A stretch of DNA of 64,000 bases, from positions 2,168 to 66,167 of the forward strand of contig CACDKD010000003.1 in assembly GCA_902553145.1 (NCBI GenBank), in the 5' to 3' direction. Made by a program: the position numbers and the translations under genes. This document shows, in pieces, positions 1 to 8,631 of this stretch. The stretch's first letter is position 1, and the number at the start of each line of letters is the position of its first letter. This DNA comes from an uncultured Gammaproteobacteria bacterium (lineage in GTDB: Bacteria > Pseudomonadota > Gammaproteobacteria > Steroidobacterales > UBA11654). The notes under the pieces were generated by a model, which was not told the DNA's origin, ran no database searches, and saw nothing but the letters and a program-made list of their open reading frames with translations.

Positions 1-1
1 C

Positions 2-724
2 ATGGGCGGCAGAGTCAATAACTCGAAAGACGTGGCTCAATTTATCATCAATGCAAGTCATGGAATACCAAAGATCAGTTTTGAGGAACTCTCACAAAAA
101 GGGATTGTTAAAGTTGAAGGCGTTGAGAACACCATGTGGGAAAAAGACGAATCCCCCTATCACAATGAAATCGTAAAAAGTGTGAGGAAAAAATTGCCTT
201 ACGAAACCTTTACGGGAAGGCAACAATTTTACATCGATCATGAGTGGTTCATCGAATTTGGTGAAACTTTGCCGACTTTTAAGGAGCCGCTTAAAATTGA
301 TGAATTTCCATTGAGGATGATGATGGGACATGCAAGGCATGGAATCCATAGTACTTGGAGGGATGATTCCTTTCTACTCAGCTTGCAACGAGGTGAGCCA
401 GATATTTATGTGAATCCTGACGATGCCATAAATAGAGGCGTTGAAGACGGAGACATGATCCGGATTTACAATACAGCAGGCGAATTTTTTGCGATGGCAC
501 ATGTGAGCTCTGGTATCCAGCCTGGAATGTTGTTCATGTATCATGGTTGGGACCCAAAGATGTTTAAGGGTGGAAAGAACTTCAGTGAAGTCATTCCAAC
601 AGGCGGATTAATCAAGCCAACTTCAATGGCCGGAGATTATGGTCATCTTGGCTATCAGCCTTTGGCTTTTGCTCCAAACCAGACGTATAAGGATTTTACC
701 TGTGATTTTGAGAAATCGGCGTAA
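2..724 (+). CDS. Molybdopterin (bis-MGD) oxidoreductase catalytic alpha subunit, C-terminal fragment; type II DMSO reductase family (NarG/DdhA/EbdA-like). 5' end lies outside the window
   Basis: The ORF is open at the window edge. The pattern GRQQFYIDHEWF...MMGHARHGIHSTWRD...GEPDIYVNPDDA...MIRIYN resembles the C-terminal domain of NarG-type subunits. Chaperone and FeS subunit genes follow immediately. Confidence 0.75.
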   Translation: MGGRVNNSKDVAQFIINASHGIPKISFEELSQKGIVKVEGVENTMWEKDESPYHNEIVKSVRKKLPYETFTGRQQFYIDHEWFIEFGETLPTFKEPLKIDEFPLRMMMGHARHGIHSTWRDDSFLLSLQRGEPDIYVNPDDAINRGVEDGDMIRIYNTAGEFFAMAHVSSGIQPGMLFMYHGWDPKMFKGGKNFSEVIPTGGLIKPTSMAGDYGHLGYQPLAFAPNQTYKDFTCDFEKSA

Positions 725-730
725 CTCAAT

Positions 731-1375
731 ATGCAAAGAACAACTATTGAATCACTAAGGCAAGCAGAGATTACCGCATTGCCGCGTGCCACTATATACT
801 CGCTCTTTTCTCAGCTTCTAAGCTCTCCCCATGAATTGAAACCGCTGGGCTTATCTTCAGAGATATCTTATGAGGGTCTCCCGTATGATTTCAATGTTCG
901 AGAAATGATCGATTCATATCTTAATGATGATCCTGAAGCACTAAGGCTCAAATACAGCGGTCTATTTGAGGTTGGGGATGATGGCCCCCCTGTGCCCATA
1001 AGGGAGGATTTATTTTTAGCTCAACCAGCCAAATTAAGAGAAGACCTCGTAAGGTTTTATGATTATTTTGGTTATCAATTGGACGAAGAATTTCAGTGGC
1101 AAATGGATCATTTGTCCATCGAGTTGGAGTTCATGCATTTTTTGATTATTGGCGAGCTTCAATCGGATAACGACAAGCTCTCATTTCAATTGGGCCAGGT
1201 TGATTTCCTAGAAAAGCATCTTATAAATTGGACGCCGCTGTTATCAAAAAAGTTATCAACTCTAGATGAGAGTGATATCTACACCAAAATTGTTATAGAA
1301 TTAGAAGACTTCCTTTTAAAAGACCAACATTGGCAAAAGGAAACCATTTCACATAAAGATGTAGCTGGGGGTTAA
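731..1375 (+). CDS. TorD/NarJ-family redox-enzyme maturation chaperone (delta subunit-like)
   Basis: 214 aa, starting 6 nt after the alpha gene. Family-type motifs are YSGLFEVG, LVRFYDYFGY and QMDHLSIELEFMHFL (the DH..EL.F signature). Confidence 0.7.
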   Translation: MQRTTIESLRQAEITALPRATIYSLFSQLLSSPHELKPLGLSSEISYEGLPYDFNVREMIDSYLNDDPEALRLKYSGLFEVGDDGPPVPIREDLFLAQPAKLREDLVRFYDYFGYQLDEEFQWQMDHLSIELEFMHFLIIGELQSDNDKLSFQLGQVDFLEKHLINWTPLLSKKLSTLDESDIYTKIVIELEDFLLKDQHWQKETISHKDVAGG

Positions 1376-1377
1376 GT

Positions 1378-2367
1378 ATGGGTCAGGTTGCAATGGTGAT
1401 AGATCTAAATAAGTGCATCGGTTGTCAAACATGTACAACTGCTTGCAAATCTCTGTGGACAGACGAACCTGGCCAAGAATACATGTTATGGAATAATGTT
1501 GAGACCAAGCCTGGTCCTGGCTATCCAAGATACTGGGAAGAGGGAGGCGGAGGCTTCGACGAACAAGGAAATCTCCAACGCGATGGCTTAATGCCAAAAA
1601 AGGAAGACCATGGAGAGGAAGTTCCACTCAATCACGATGAAGTCTACTTCAAAGGAGTTGAGGTAAGGCTTCAGCAAGAAAAGCCAATGACCAAAGGCGC
1701 CAACTGGGATGAGGATACCAGCTCCGGGGATTATCCAAATAATTATCATTTTTATTTACCGAGAATGTGCAACCATTGCACTAAGCCCGCTTGTTTAGAA
1801 GCATGTCCAGTGAGAGCTATCTATAAAAGAGAAGAAGATGGCGTAGTGCTTATTGATGAAGATAAATGCCAGGGAATCAGAGAGTGTAATAAAGCATGTC
1901 CTTACGATAAGATTTATTTTAATTACATCACGGGTAAGTCCCAAAAATGTATATTCTGCTTTCCAAGACTGGAAGAAGGTGTTGCGCCAGCATGCGCAAG
2001 GCAGTGCCCAGGAAGATTAAGGTTTGTTGGGTTTCTGGAAGATGAGGATGGTCCAATCAATGAATTGGTTTATCAGTGGAAGGTGGCTTTACCGCTGCAT
2101 CCAGAATATGGAACCGACCCAAATGTATTCTATGTTCCACCGATGTTGCCACCTAATTTTGACGAGGATGGCGATTTCTCTGATGATCCAAGGGTTCCGA
2201 CAGAATACCTAAGAAGTCTGTTTGGAGATGCTGTGGATGAGGCGCTGATAACCCTTCAGTTCGAGATGGAGAAAAAACAGGAAGGAAAGGAATCCAGATT
2301 GATGGATCTTCTGATTGCCAAAGAATGGAAGTCCTTATTCAGTATCCCTGACGTCAAAATTTATTAA
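1378..2367 (+). CDS. Iron-sulfur beta subunit of type II DMSO-reductase-family enzyme (DdhB/SerB/EbdB-like)
   Basis: 329 aa with four Cys clusters: CIGCQTCTTAC, CNHCTKPACLEACP, CQGIRECNKACP and CIFCFPR...ACARQCP. The size fits the roughly 330-aa beta class rather than the roughly 510-aa NarH. Confidence 0.85.
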   Translation: MGQVAMVIDLNKCIGCQTCTTACKSLWTDEPGQEYMLWNNVETKPGPGYPRYWEEGGGGFDEQGNLQRDGLMPKKEDHGEEVPLNHDEVYFKGVEVRLQQEKPMTKGANWDEDTSSGDYPNNYHFYLPRMCNHCTKPACLEACPVRAIYKREEDGVVLIDEDKCQGIRECNKACPYDKIYFNYITGKSQKCIFCFPRLEEGVAPACARQCPGRLRFVGFLEDEDGPINELVYQWKVALPLHPEYGTDPNVFYVPPMLPPNFDEDGDFSDDPRVPTEYLRSLFGDAVDEALITLQFEMEKKQEGKESRLMDLLIAKEWKSLFSIPDVKIY

Positions 2368-2390
2368 TTCATTACAATAAGGCGATTACG

Positions 2391-4343
2391 ATGCAGTTAT
2401 CAAACAGTCGCATTTTTTTAATCATGACATCACTGGTTCTCTCATCCGTGATGGCAAGCCTTGATTCCAGTTTCACCCCAATTGCGATACCTGACATGAT
2501 TGATAAGCTTGACTCAAGCACAAGTGAAATTGTTTGGGTCGCACTTGGATATTTAATCGCAGCCAGTGGCCCGATGCTTTTGGCCGCAAAAATGGCCGAT
2601 GGAATTGGGCACGCTCGTTTTTTTCAAATGGGCACGTTGATATACAGTATTGCAATGATTGCATGCGCCTGGGCACCAGACGCTAACACACTTATTATTA
2701 TTCGATTTGTTCAAGGTTTTGGCATGGCCTTGTTTCTGCCAACAACATTTGCAATTGCAACTGCTATGTATGGTCCTAAAAGGAGAGGCAGTGCGCTTGG
2801 TATTCTTCAGGCAGCAAATGCGGTTGGTTTTGTGATGGGCCCTATTTTTGCAGGGTGGTTACTCGATGCATATGATTGGACAGCAATTTTCTGGTCTAGA
2901 ATTCCATTCGCAATACTGGCCATTTTATTGGCTTTTTTAGCATTGGGCTTTAAGCAGCCATTTCAATTTTCTGAACGTCAAAAATCTTACGACTATTCTG
3001 GAGCAGTATTCCTAACATTAGCTTTGTATGGAATTCTATATGGATGCAATAAGCTCCCTGTGGAAGACAATCATCTAGAACCAATGGTTTGGATTATATT
3101 TCTTTCAGGGTTTCTGTTTTTTGCCTTATTCATTCAACAAGAAAAAAGACATCCAGATCCTCTGATTGATTTATCTCTCTTTTCAAAAAACAATGAATTC
3201 ACAAAAGCTTCGATTGCATTCACATCGGTTTTTGCCAGTTTCCCAGTCTATCTCTTCATTTTGCCAATCATCATGATCAATGGGCTAGAGCTTACTGCAT
3301 GGGATGCAGGTTTGGCATTGGGTGCAGCGGCACTTGCCACGTTATTAATTAGCCCTGTGGCCGGTAACTTATCTGATCGCATTGGACCTGAAAAACTTTG
3401 CATGAGTGGAGCACTCTTAACAGGGTTTGGTTACATGCTATTGTTTTTAGTCAATGCCGATTCGGGCGCATTTGAAATCATCCCAGCCATGATATTTATT
3501 GGCGGTGGAACAGGTTTATTCTTCTCTCCAAACAATAACTTGATGTTATCAAGCGCACCACCCGAGAGAGCTGGTATGGTCTCAGGACTATTTGGTGTCT
3601 ATAGGCAATCAGGTTACGCCTTAGGATTTGCAATAACAGCCAGTTTATTTACAGCAATTCAGAATTGGTTCGATGTCAACTGGGCATACGATTCACTCAG
3701 TGCGACCACTGTTGAGTCAGCGGACACATTGACTGTAATTTACAATCAAGGCAGTCAATGGTCTCCAGAGGTATTGGTCTTTATTTTACATATAGGAATT
3801 CTGCTTTGCTCCAGCATATTGATTATTACTTTTGTAAACTCAATCCCTAGAGTCAAGTTAATGCTTTCAAAGCAAATTACTACCGCACTGATGGCAGTCA
3901 TTGTTTCAATCGTCTCAATGGCTTCCTATAGTTTGAATGCGCCTGGTGTCATTGGTGGCATTCAATTAAAAGCAATTGATAAGCCAGTTGTTTCTGTTCA
4001 AGCCTTTGGAATGGCCTCAAGACAATATGAAATCGAAGATCGAAGTGACTTCATGGTCATTAATATTATGAGTAGTGACTCAATTTCCAATGAGAAATAT
4101 AATGCAAGATGTGGATTCTGTCATGGAGCAGATCTAAACGGCATTGAAGGATTAGGTATTACATTGAAGAACTCAGACTTCCTTAAAAACATGACAACAA
4201 ACGAAATCATAGCTTTTCTTAAAGTGGGAAGGATGCCGAATGCTGATGATTCAATATCAGGTGGGGTGATGCCCGGATTCAGTTGGCTTGAGGAATCTGA
4301 GCTAGAAGAAATTGCTGAATTTATAAAGGTTAACAATGAATGA
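2391..4343 (+). CDS. MFS transporter (14-TM DHA2/EmrB-like core) plus an extra 15th TM helix and a C-terminal mono-heme c-type cytochrome domain
   Basis: 650 aa. I counted 15 hydrophobic segments by eye. The tail carries a single CGFCH heme-binding motif (nt 4110-4124) and a downstream GGVMPGF as candidate Met ligand. The gene starts 23 nt after the beta subunit gene. Confidence 0.7.
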   Translation: MQLSNSRIFLIMTSLVLSSVMASLDSSFTPIAIPDMIDKLDSSTSEIVWVALGYLIAASGPMLLAAKMADGIGHARFFQMGTLIYSIAMIACAWAPDANTLIIIRFVQGFGMALFLPTTFAIATAMYGPKRRGSALGILQAANAVGFVMGPIFAGWLLDAYDWTAIFWSRIPFAILAILLAFLALGFKQPFQFSERQKSYDYSGAVFLTLALYGILYGCNKLPVEDNHLEPMVWIIFLSGFLFFALFIQQEKRHPDPLIDLSLFSKNNEFTKASIAFTSVFASFPVYLFILPIIMINGLELTAWDAGLALGAAALATLLISPVAGNLSDRIGPEKLCMSGALLTGFGYMLLFLVNADSGAFEIIPAMIFIGGGTGLFFSPNNNLMLSSAPPERAGMVSGLFGVYRQSGYALGFAITASLFTAIQNWFDVNWAYDSLSATTVESADTLTVIYNQGSQWSPEVLVFILHIGILLCSSILIITFVNSIPRVKLMLSKQITTALMAVIVSIVSMASYSLNAPGVIGGIQLKAIDKPVVSVQAFGMASRQYEIEDRSDFMVINIMSSDSISNEKYNARCGFCHGADLNGIEGLGITLKNSDFLKNMTTNEIIAFLKVGRMPNADDSISGGVMPGFSWLEESELEEIAEFIKVNNE

Positions 4344-5652
4344 GCTCATAAATACAAAGCAGCAAGACTCCATGGCGGCTTGGTATGCAGTTTTTGTTTT
4401 GTTACTGGCATATATCCTCTCGTTTGTGGACAGAATTATTCTCAGTCTATTGGTGACTCCTATAAAAGAAGATCTTGGAACCACAGATGCACAAATGGGA
4501 TTATTGATGGGGTTTGCATTTGCGATTTTTTATACCATTGCAGGGATACCAATTGCAAAATACTCGGACGTTAAGAGTAGAAAAATGATTATAGCTATTG
4601 GCATCTTTTTGTGGAGCATCATGACCGCTGTCTGCGGTTTAGCTAGAAGTTTTTTCCAACTTTTTCTTGCAAGAGTGGGAGTTGGGGTAGGAGAGGCTGC
4701 GCTTACGCCTGCAGCTTATTCAATGATTTCTGATTACTTCAGCGAAGAAAAGCTCGGTCGAGCGATGGCAGTATATAAATCTGGCGCGATGTTTGGTGGA
4801 GGTTTGGCTTTTATTATCGGAGGAGCAGTTGTTGGGTATGTGGTCAATTCCGACTCCATTATTCTTCCTTTGTTAGGGGAAATGAAACCGTGGCAAATGG
4901 CCTTCATCATTGTGGGACTCCCTGGAGTCTTAATTGGCCTTTTGATGCTGACGGTCAAGGAACCCAGTAGGACAGGAGTAGAAGATACTCTCGATAAAAA
5001 AGTTTCTATTTCTGATGCCATAAAATACATGCAAAAACGCTGGAGGATTTATCTGTTTATTTTCTTAGGCTTTGCTTTTATGGCCGCTCCAATCAGTTCA
5101 GCTTTGACTTGGATACCAGTTTATCTACAAAGAATACATGAGATGAGCATTCCAGAAAGTGGGCGAACACTCGGTATAATAATTTTCTTCTTATCAAGCA
5201 GTGGGGTTCTAGTCAGCGGTTGGCTGATCGATACTTTTAAGAAAAGAGGCTATCAGGATGGTTATTTTAAAGTTGCTCTCATGATCTGTTTGGTGACCAT
5301 ACCAATTGTCTATTATTCAATGAATGATCAAAGTCTGGATAAAACTCTCTGGTGGCTGCATCTATTTGTGTTCGTTGCCAGTATGCCACTGGTAATTTCT
5401 GCTACTGTGTTACAAATTGTTACGCCCAATCAATTGAGGGCACAGGTATCCGCTGTATACATGCTTTTCTTGAATCTGATCACAGCACTTGTTGTCACCA
5501 CAGGCATTGGTTTTATTACTGATTTTTGGTTTAAAGATGAAATGGCTCTAGGCCAATCAATCATGGCGGCTAACCTTTTGTCGATGTCTTTTGCTTTTAT
5601 ATGTCTATATATTGCAATGTCATACTTCAATAAAGAATTCACAAACGCCTAA
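4336..5652 (+). CDS. MFS transporter (12-TM type), paralog of 28328..29677
   Basis: 438 aa and multi-TM. It overlaps the upstream gene by 8 nt. The N-terminal region AWYAV..LAY..SF.DR..LSL aligns with the 28328..29677 product. Confidence 0.8.
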   Translation: MNELINTKQQDSMAAWYAVFVLLLAYILSFVDRIILSLLVTPIKEDLGTTDAQMGLLMGFAFAIFYTIAGIPIAKYSDVKSRKMIIAIGIFLWSIMTAVCGLARSFFQLFLARVGVGVGEAALTPAAYSMISDYFSEEKLGRAMAVYKSGAMFGGGLAFIIGGAVVGYVVNSDSIILPLLGEMKPWQMAFIIVGLPGVLIGLLMLTVKEPSRTGVEDTLDKKVSISDAIKYMQKRWRIYLFIFLGFAFMAAPISSALTWIPVYLQRIHEMSIPESGRTLGIIIFFLSSSGVLVSGWLIDTFKKRGYQDGYFKVALMICLVTIPIVYYSMNDQSLDKTLWWLHLFVFVASMPLVISATVLQIVTPNQLRAQVSAVYMLFLNLITALVVTTGIGFITDFWFKDEMALGQSIMAANLLSMSFAFICLYIAMSYFNKEFTNA

Positions 5653-5727
5653 AAAGTCAGTTAATATTAAAGGTCGTCCTGTAAAAATATAACAGGGTTA
5701 AAAGACAATGTTTTAAGGGAGTTTTTT

Positions 5728-6360
5728 ATGGTTGATCAGTCAACAGAAGATAATTACGCTGGCGTTTGGGACAGCGGTTTGGGGTTTGGTGAAAAGTCAG
5801 CATTAATCGTTATTGATTTGCTTCAAGGTTACACAACTGAAGGTTCAGCACTCTATGCGCCTGGTGTTGTTGAGTGCGTAAAGGAAATGCCAGAAGTACT
5901 TGCATTGGCACGAGAAAAGAATGTGCCTGTCATTCATACGAGAGTCCTATATACGAAACCCAATTATGAAGATGGAGGTGTTTGGGTTAAGAAAGCACCG
6001 GTCCTTCTTGATCTGGTTGAAGGTCATCCTTACGCAGATTTTTGTGAAGGTGTTGAACCGCAAGAAGGCGAGGTTGTCATTATTAAGCAATACGCGAGTG
6101 CGTTCTTTGGAACCTCATTGGTGGCCACATTGAATGGACTTGGCGTGGATACGCTAATCATTACCGGATGCACAACATCTGGATGTATTCGAGCCACAGC
6201 TGTAGATACCGTTCAACACGGTTTCAGGCCAATTTGTGTAAGAGAGTGTATCGGCGATAGAGCCGAAGGACCGCATGAGGCAAATCTCTTTGACATCAAT
6301 GCCAAATATGGCGATGTCATCAGTAAAGACCATGCGATGGATTATTTAAATAATTTGTAA
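5728..6360 (+). CDS. Isochorismatase-family cysteine amidohydrolase (N-carbamoylsarcosine amidase/RutB-like)
   Basis: 210 aa. Motifs are ALIVIDLLQGY, IIKQYASAFFGT and IITGCTTSGCIRATAVD, a layout consistent with the Asp-Lys-Cys triad. Confidence 0.8.
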   Translation: MVDQSTEDNYAGVWDSGLGFGEKSALIVIDLLQGYTTEGSALYAPGVVECVKEMPEVLALAREKNVPVIHTRVLYTKPNYEDGGVWVKKAPVLLDLVEGHPYADFCEGVEPQEGEVVIIKQYASAFFGTSLVATLNGLGVDTLIITGCTTSGCIRATAVDTVQHGFRPICVRECIGDRAEGPHEANLFDINAKYGDVISKDHAMDYLNNL

Positions 6361-6379
6361 AAATTTAGAGGAAAGAATT

Positions 6380-7303
6380 ATGAGTGAGTTAACACAATCA
6401 AGGCACTACGATTATGTGCCAATTATTGACCGAGAACCATTTAAATTACCAGATGGTGCAAGGGTCGCAGTTTTACCGTACATAAACATTGAGCATTTTC
6501 CTGCAGCAATTGCCGGAACCTCATTGATTCCTGGGACTGCAGCTTTCTCTCCTGATCCATTGAATTATGGATGGAGGGATTATGGCAATAGGGTAGGCTT
6601 ATGGAGAATGATGGAATTGATGGATAAGCTTGGCATGAGAGGCACTGTTTGCCTTAATGCAGAGATCATTAGGGAATACCCAAGAATCATTGAAGAATCT
6701 CTGGCAAGAGATTGGGCATTCATCGGACATGGGATCAATAATGCGCCTGCTAATTTCATTGGCAATGCACCTGATGGAGAAGGAGGTCATACACCTCTTC
6801 CAGAAGAGAAAGAAAGAGAAATCATCAGCACTGTTTGTCAGACTATGGAGGAAGCATTGGGTAAGAAAACAAAAGGTTGGTTAAGCCCATTTCTAACTCA
6901 TACGGATAATACTCCAAAAATCCTTGAGGAGAATGGCGTTGAGTATCTTTGTGACTATACTGCGGATGATCATCCATTTAAGTTCAATACTCCAAAAAAT
7001 AATCTCATCGCAGTTCCTTACACTGTTGAGCTTAATGATATTCCTGCATTTTTGGGTCATTCAGGCGTAGGTGTATCATCAGAAGCCTTTGGAGACATGA
7101 TTGTTGATCAATTTGATGTCCTTTATGAGGAAGGCGCAACGAATGCAAGGTGTATGCCTATTTGCTTGCATACATTTCATGTTGGTCAGCCAAATAAATT
7201 TAAGCATCTAAAAAGAGCTTTTGAATATATTGCCGGCCATGACGACGTTATCCTTTCAACAGGCGATGACATCAATGATTGGTATCGAGAGCAATACATG
7301 TAA
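6380..7303 (+). CDS. Polysaccharide deacetylase-fold protein (PuuE allantoinase-like subgroup)
   Basis: 307 aa. The YGNRVG.WR...L, FIGHGINNA and LHTFHVGQP pattern resembles the PuuE-like deacetylase family. The assignment is by eye only. Confidence 0.55.
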   Translation: MSELTQSRHYDYVPIIDREPFKLPDGARVAVLPYINIEHFPAAIAGTSLIPGTAAFSPDPLNYGWRDYGNRVGLWRMMELMDKLGMRGTVCLNAEIIREYPRIIEESLARDWAFIGHGINNAPANFIGNAPDGEGGHTPLPEEKEREIISTVCQTMEEALGKKTKGWLSPFLTHTDNTPKILEENGVEYLCDYTADDHPFKFNTPKNNLIAVPYTVELNDIPAFLGHSGVGVSSEAFGDMIVDQFDVLYEEGATNARCMPICLHTFHVGQPNKFKHLKRAFEYIAGHDDVILSTGDDINDWYREQYM

Positions 7304-7367
7304 ACCATCGGCTATTTAGCCAAGCTTGGTTATAATAATGGGCAGTAAATACTGCCCATTATTGTTT

Positions 7368-8630
7368 ATGAGAATGAATTTTAAAGTTATTAAAACACTG
7401 CTGATGCTTTTTGCAATTGTGCATGCAGATTTATTTGCATCAAAGATACCTGAACCAGGACCAAGTGTGATGAGACTCCCAGTTTTGATTGAAAATGAAA
7501 AATCAGAGCTCAGAGTCGCAGAAGGATTTGAGATTAAAACACTTGTTGACGGATTGGATTCTCCAAGGTGGCCAGTGGTATTGCCCAATGGGAATATACT
7601 GATTTCAGGATCAAAAACAGAAGCATTGCCAAATATGCCAGAGGAAACCATTCGACTCCTCACCAGCATGAATATATTTGGGAAGTCCCCCAACACTATT
7701 ATTGAAATTGACATGAATCAAAACCCTCCTGAGGTGAGAAATCTGATCCAAGGGCTGAATCAACCGTTTGGAATGTTGTTTAAAAATCAAAGCCTTTTCG
7801 TTGCAAACACTGATTCCATAGTCAAATATCCATTCAAGGACTTTATGCTCTCAGGTGCCGCTGAGAAAATTATCGACCTTCCATTCGGTCCACCGAATAA
7901 TCATTGGACGAGGAATATTATTCTGAATGAGCGAGGGGATAAGATTTTGATAGCCGTTGGATCCGGGACCAATGTAAATGCAGAAGGCGCTGATGAAAAA
8001 GACAGGGCAGCAGTCTGGGAAATCAATCTTGATGGGAGTGAAAAAAGAATATATGCATCCGGCCTCAGAAACCCTGTCGGGTTGGATTTCTACACAGAAA
8101 ACGGGAGTTTGTGGACCACTGTCAATGAACGAGATGGCATTGGTGAGTTCACACCGCCTGATTATCTGACCGAAGTGAAAGAAGGCGCTTTTTATGGATG
8201 GCCATATGTTTATTTTAAAGACTATGCTGACCCTACACAGATTGAGCTCAACCCAGAAAAGGTAAAACGGGCAATGCGGACCTCATTAATGCCAGACTTA
8301 CCACTTGATGCTCACTCAGTTCCATTGGGGCTTTTGTTTCATAGCGGAAAAAATATCAGCTCCAAATATAAAAACGGCGCTTTTGTGGTTCGTCGTGGCG
8401 GAGTATCCACATCAAAGCTCACAGGTTACGATGTTCTCTTTATCCCATTCATGAATGGGAAACCAACGGGAACCATTCAAACCTTTGTTTCAGGATTTAT
8501 TGCCAGTGAGGAAAGAGGCGAAATTCACGGAAGGCCTGTTGGGATAGCTGAAGGAGTTAATGGCGAAATATTCATTACTGATGATGTTGGAGGAAGAGTG
8601 TTGGTTGTAACTTCAAAACTAGAGAATTAA
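7368..8630 (+). CDS. PQQ-dependent sugar (glucose/sorbosone) dehydrogenase-like beta-propeller, secreted
   Basis: I started the gene at the internal ATG (7368), which gives a signal peptide MRMNFKVIKTLLMLFAIVHADLFA. Family-like motifs are GLRNPVGLDF, WTTVNERDG and FYGWPY. Confidence 0.7.
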   Translation: MRMNFKVIKTLLMLFAIVHADLFASKIPEPGPSVMRLPVLIENEKSELRVAEGFEIKTLVDGLDSPRWPVVLPNGNILISGSKTEALPNMPEETIRLLTSMNIFGKSPNTIIEIDMNQNPPEVRNLIQGLNQPFGMLFKNQSLFVANTDSIVKYPFKDFMLSGAAEKIIDLPFGPPNNHWTRNIILNERGDKILIAVGSGTNVNAEGADEKDRAAVWEINLDGSEKRIYASGLRNPVGLDFYTENGSLWTTVNERDGIGEFTPPDYLTEVKEGAFYGWPYVYFKDYADPTQIELNPEKVKRAMRTSLMPDLPLDAHSVPLGLLFHSGKNISSKYKNGAFVVRRGGVSTSKLTGYDVLFIPFMNGKPTGTIQTFVSGFIASEERGEIHGRPVGIAEGVNGEIFITDDVGGRVLVVTSKLEN

Positions 8631-8631
8631 T

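Noticed and set aside
92-349. Numerous 60-160-aa ORFs in the track lie antisense or out of frame inside longer, well-supported genes. Examples are 92..349, 1349..1627, 7316..7714, 13733..14017, 34339..34827, 43613..43921, 56594..56968 and 60454..60888.
   Set aside because: All are fully embedded in genes with clear family motifs. They have low-complexity or Ser/Leu/Ile-rich translations typical of shadow ORFs in AT-rich DNA, and none has a recognisable motif.
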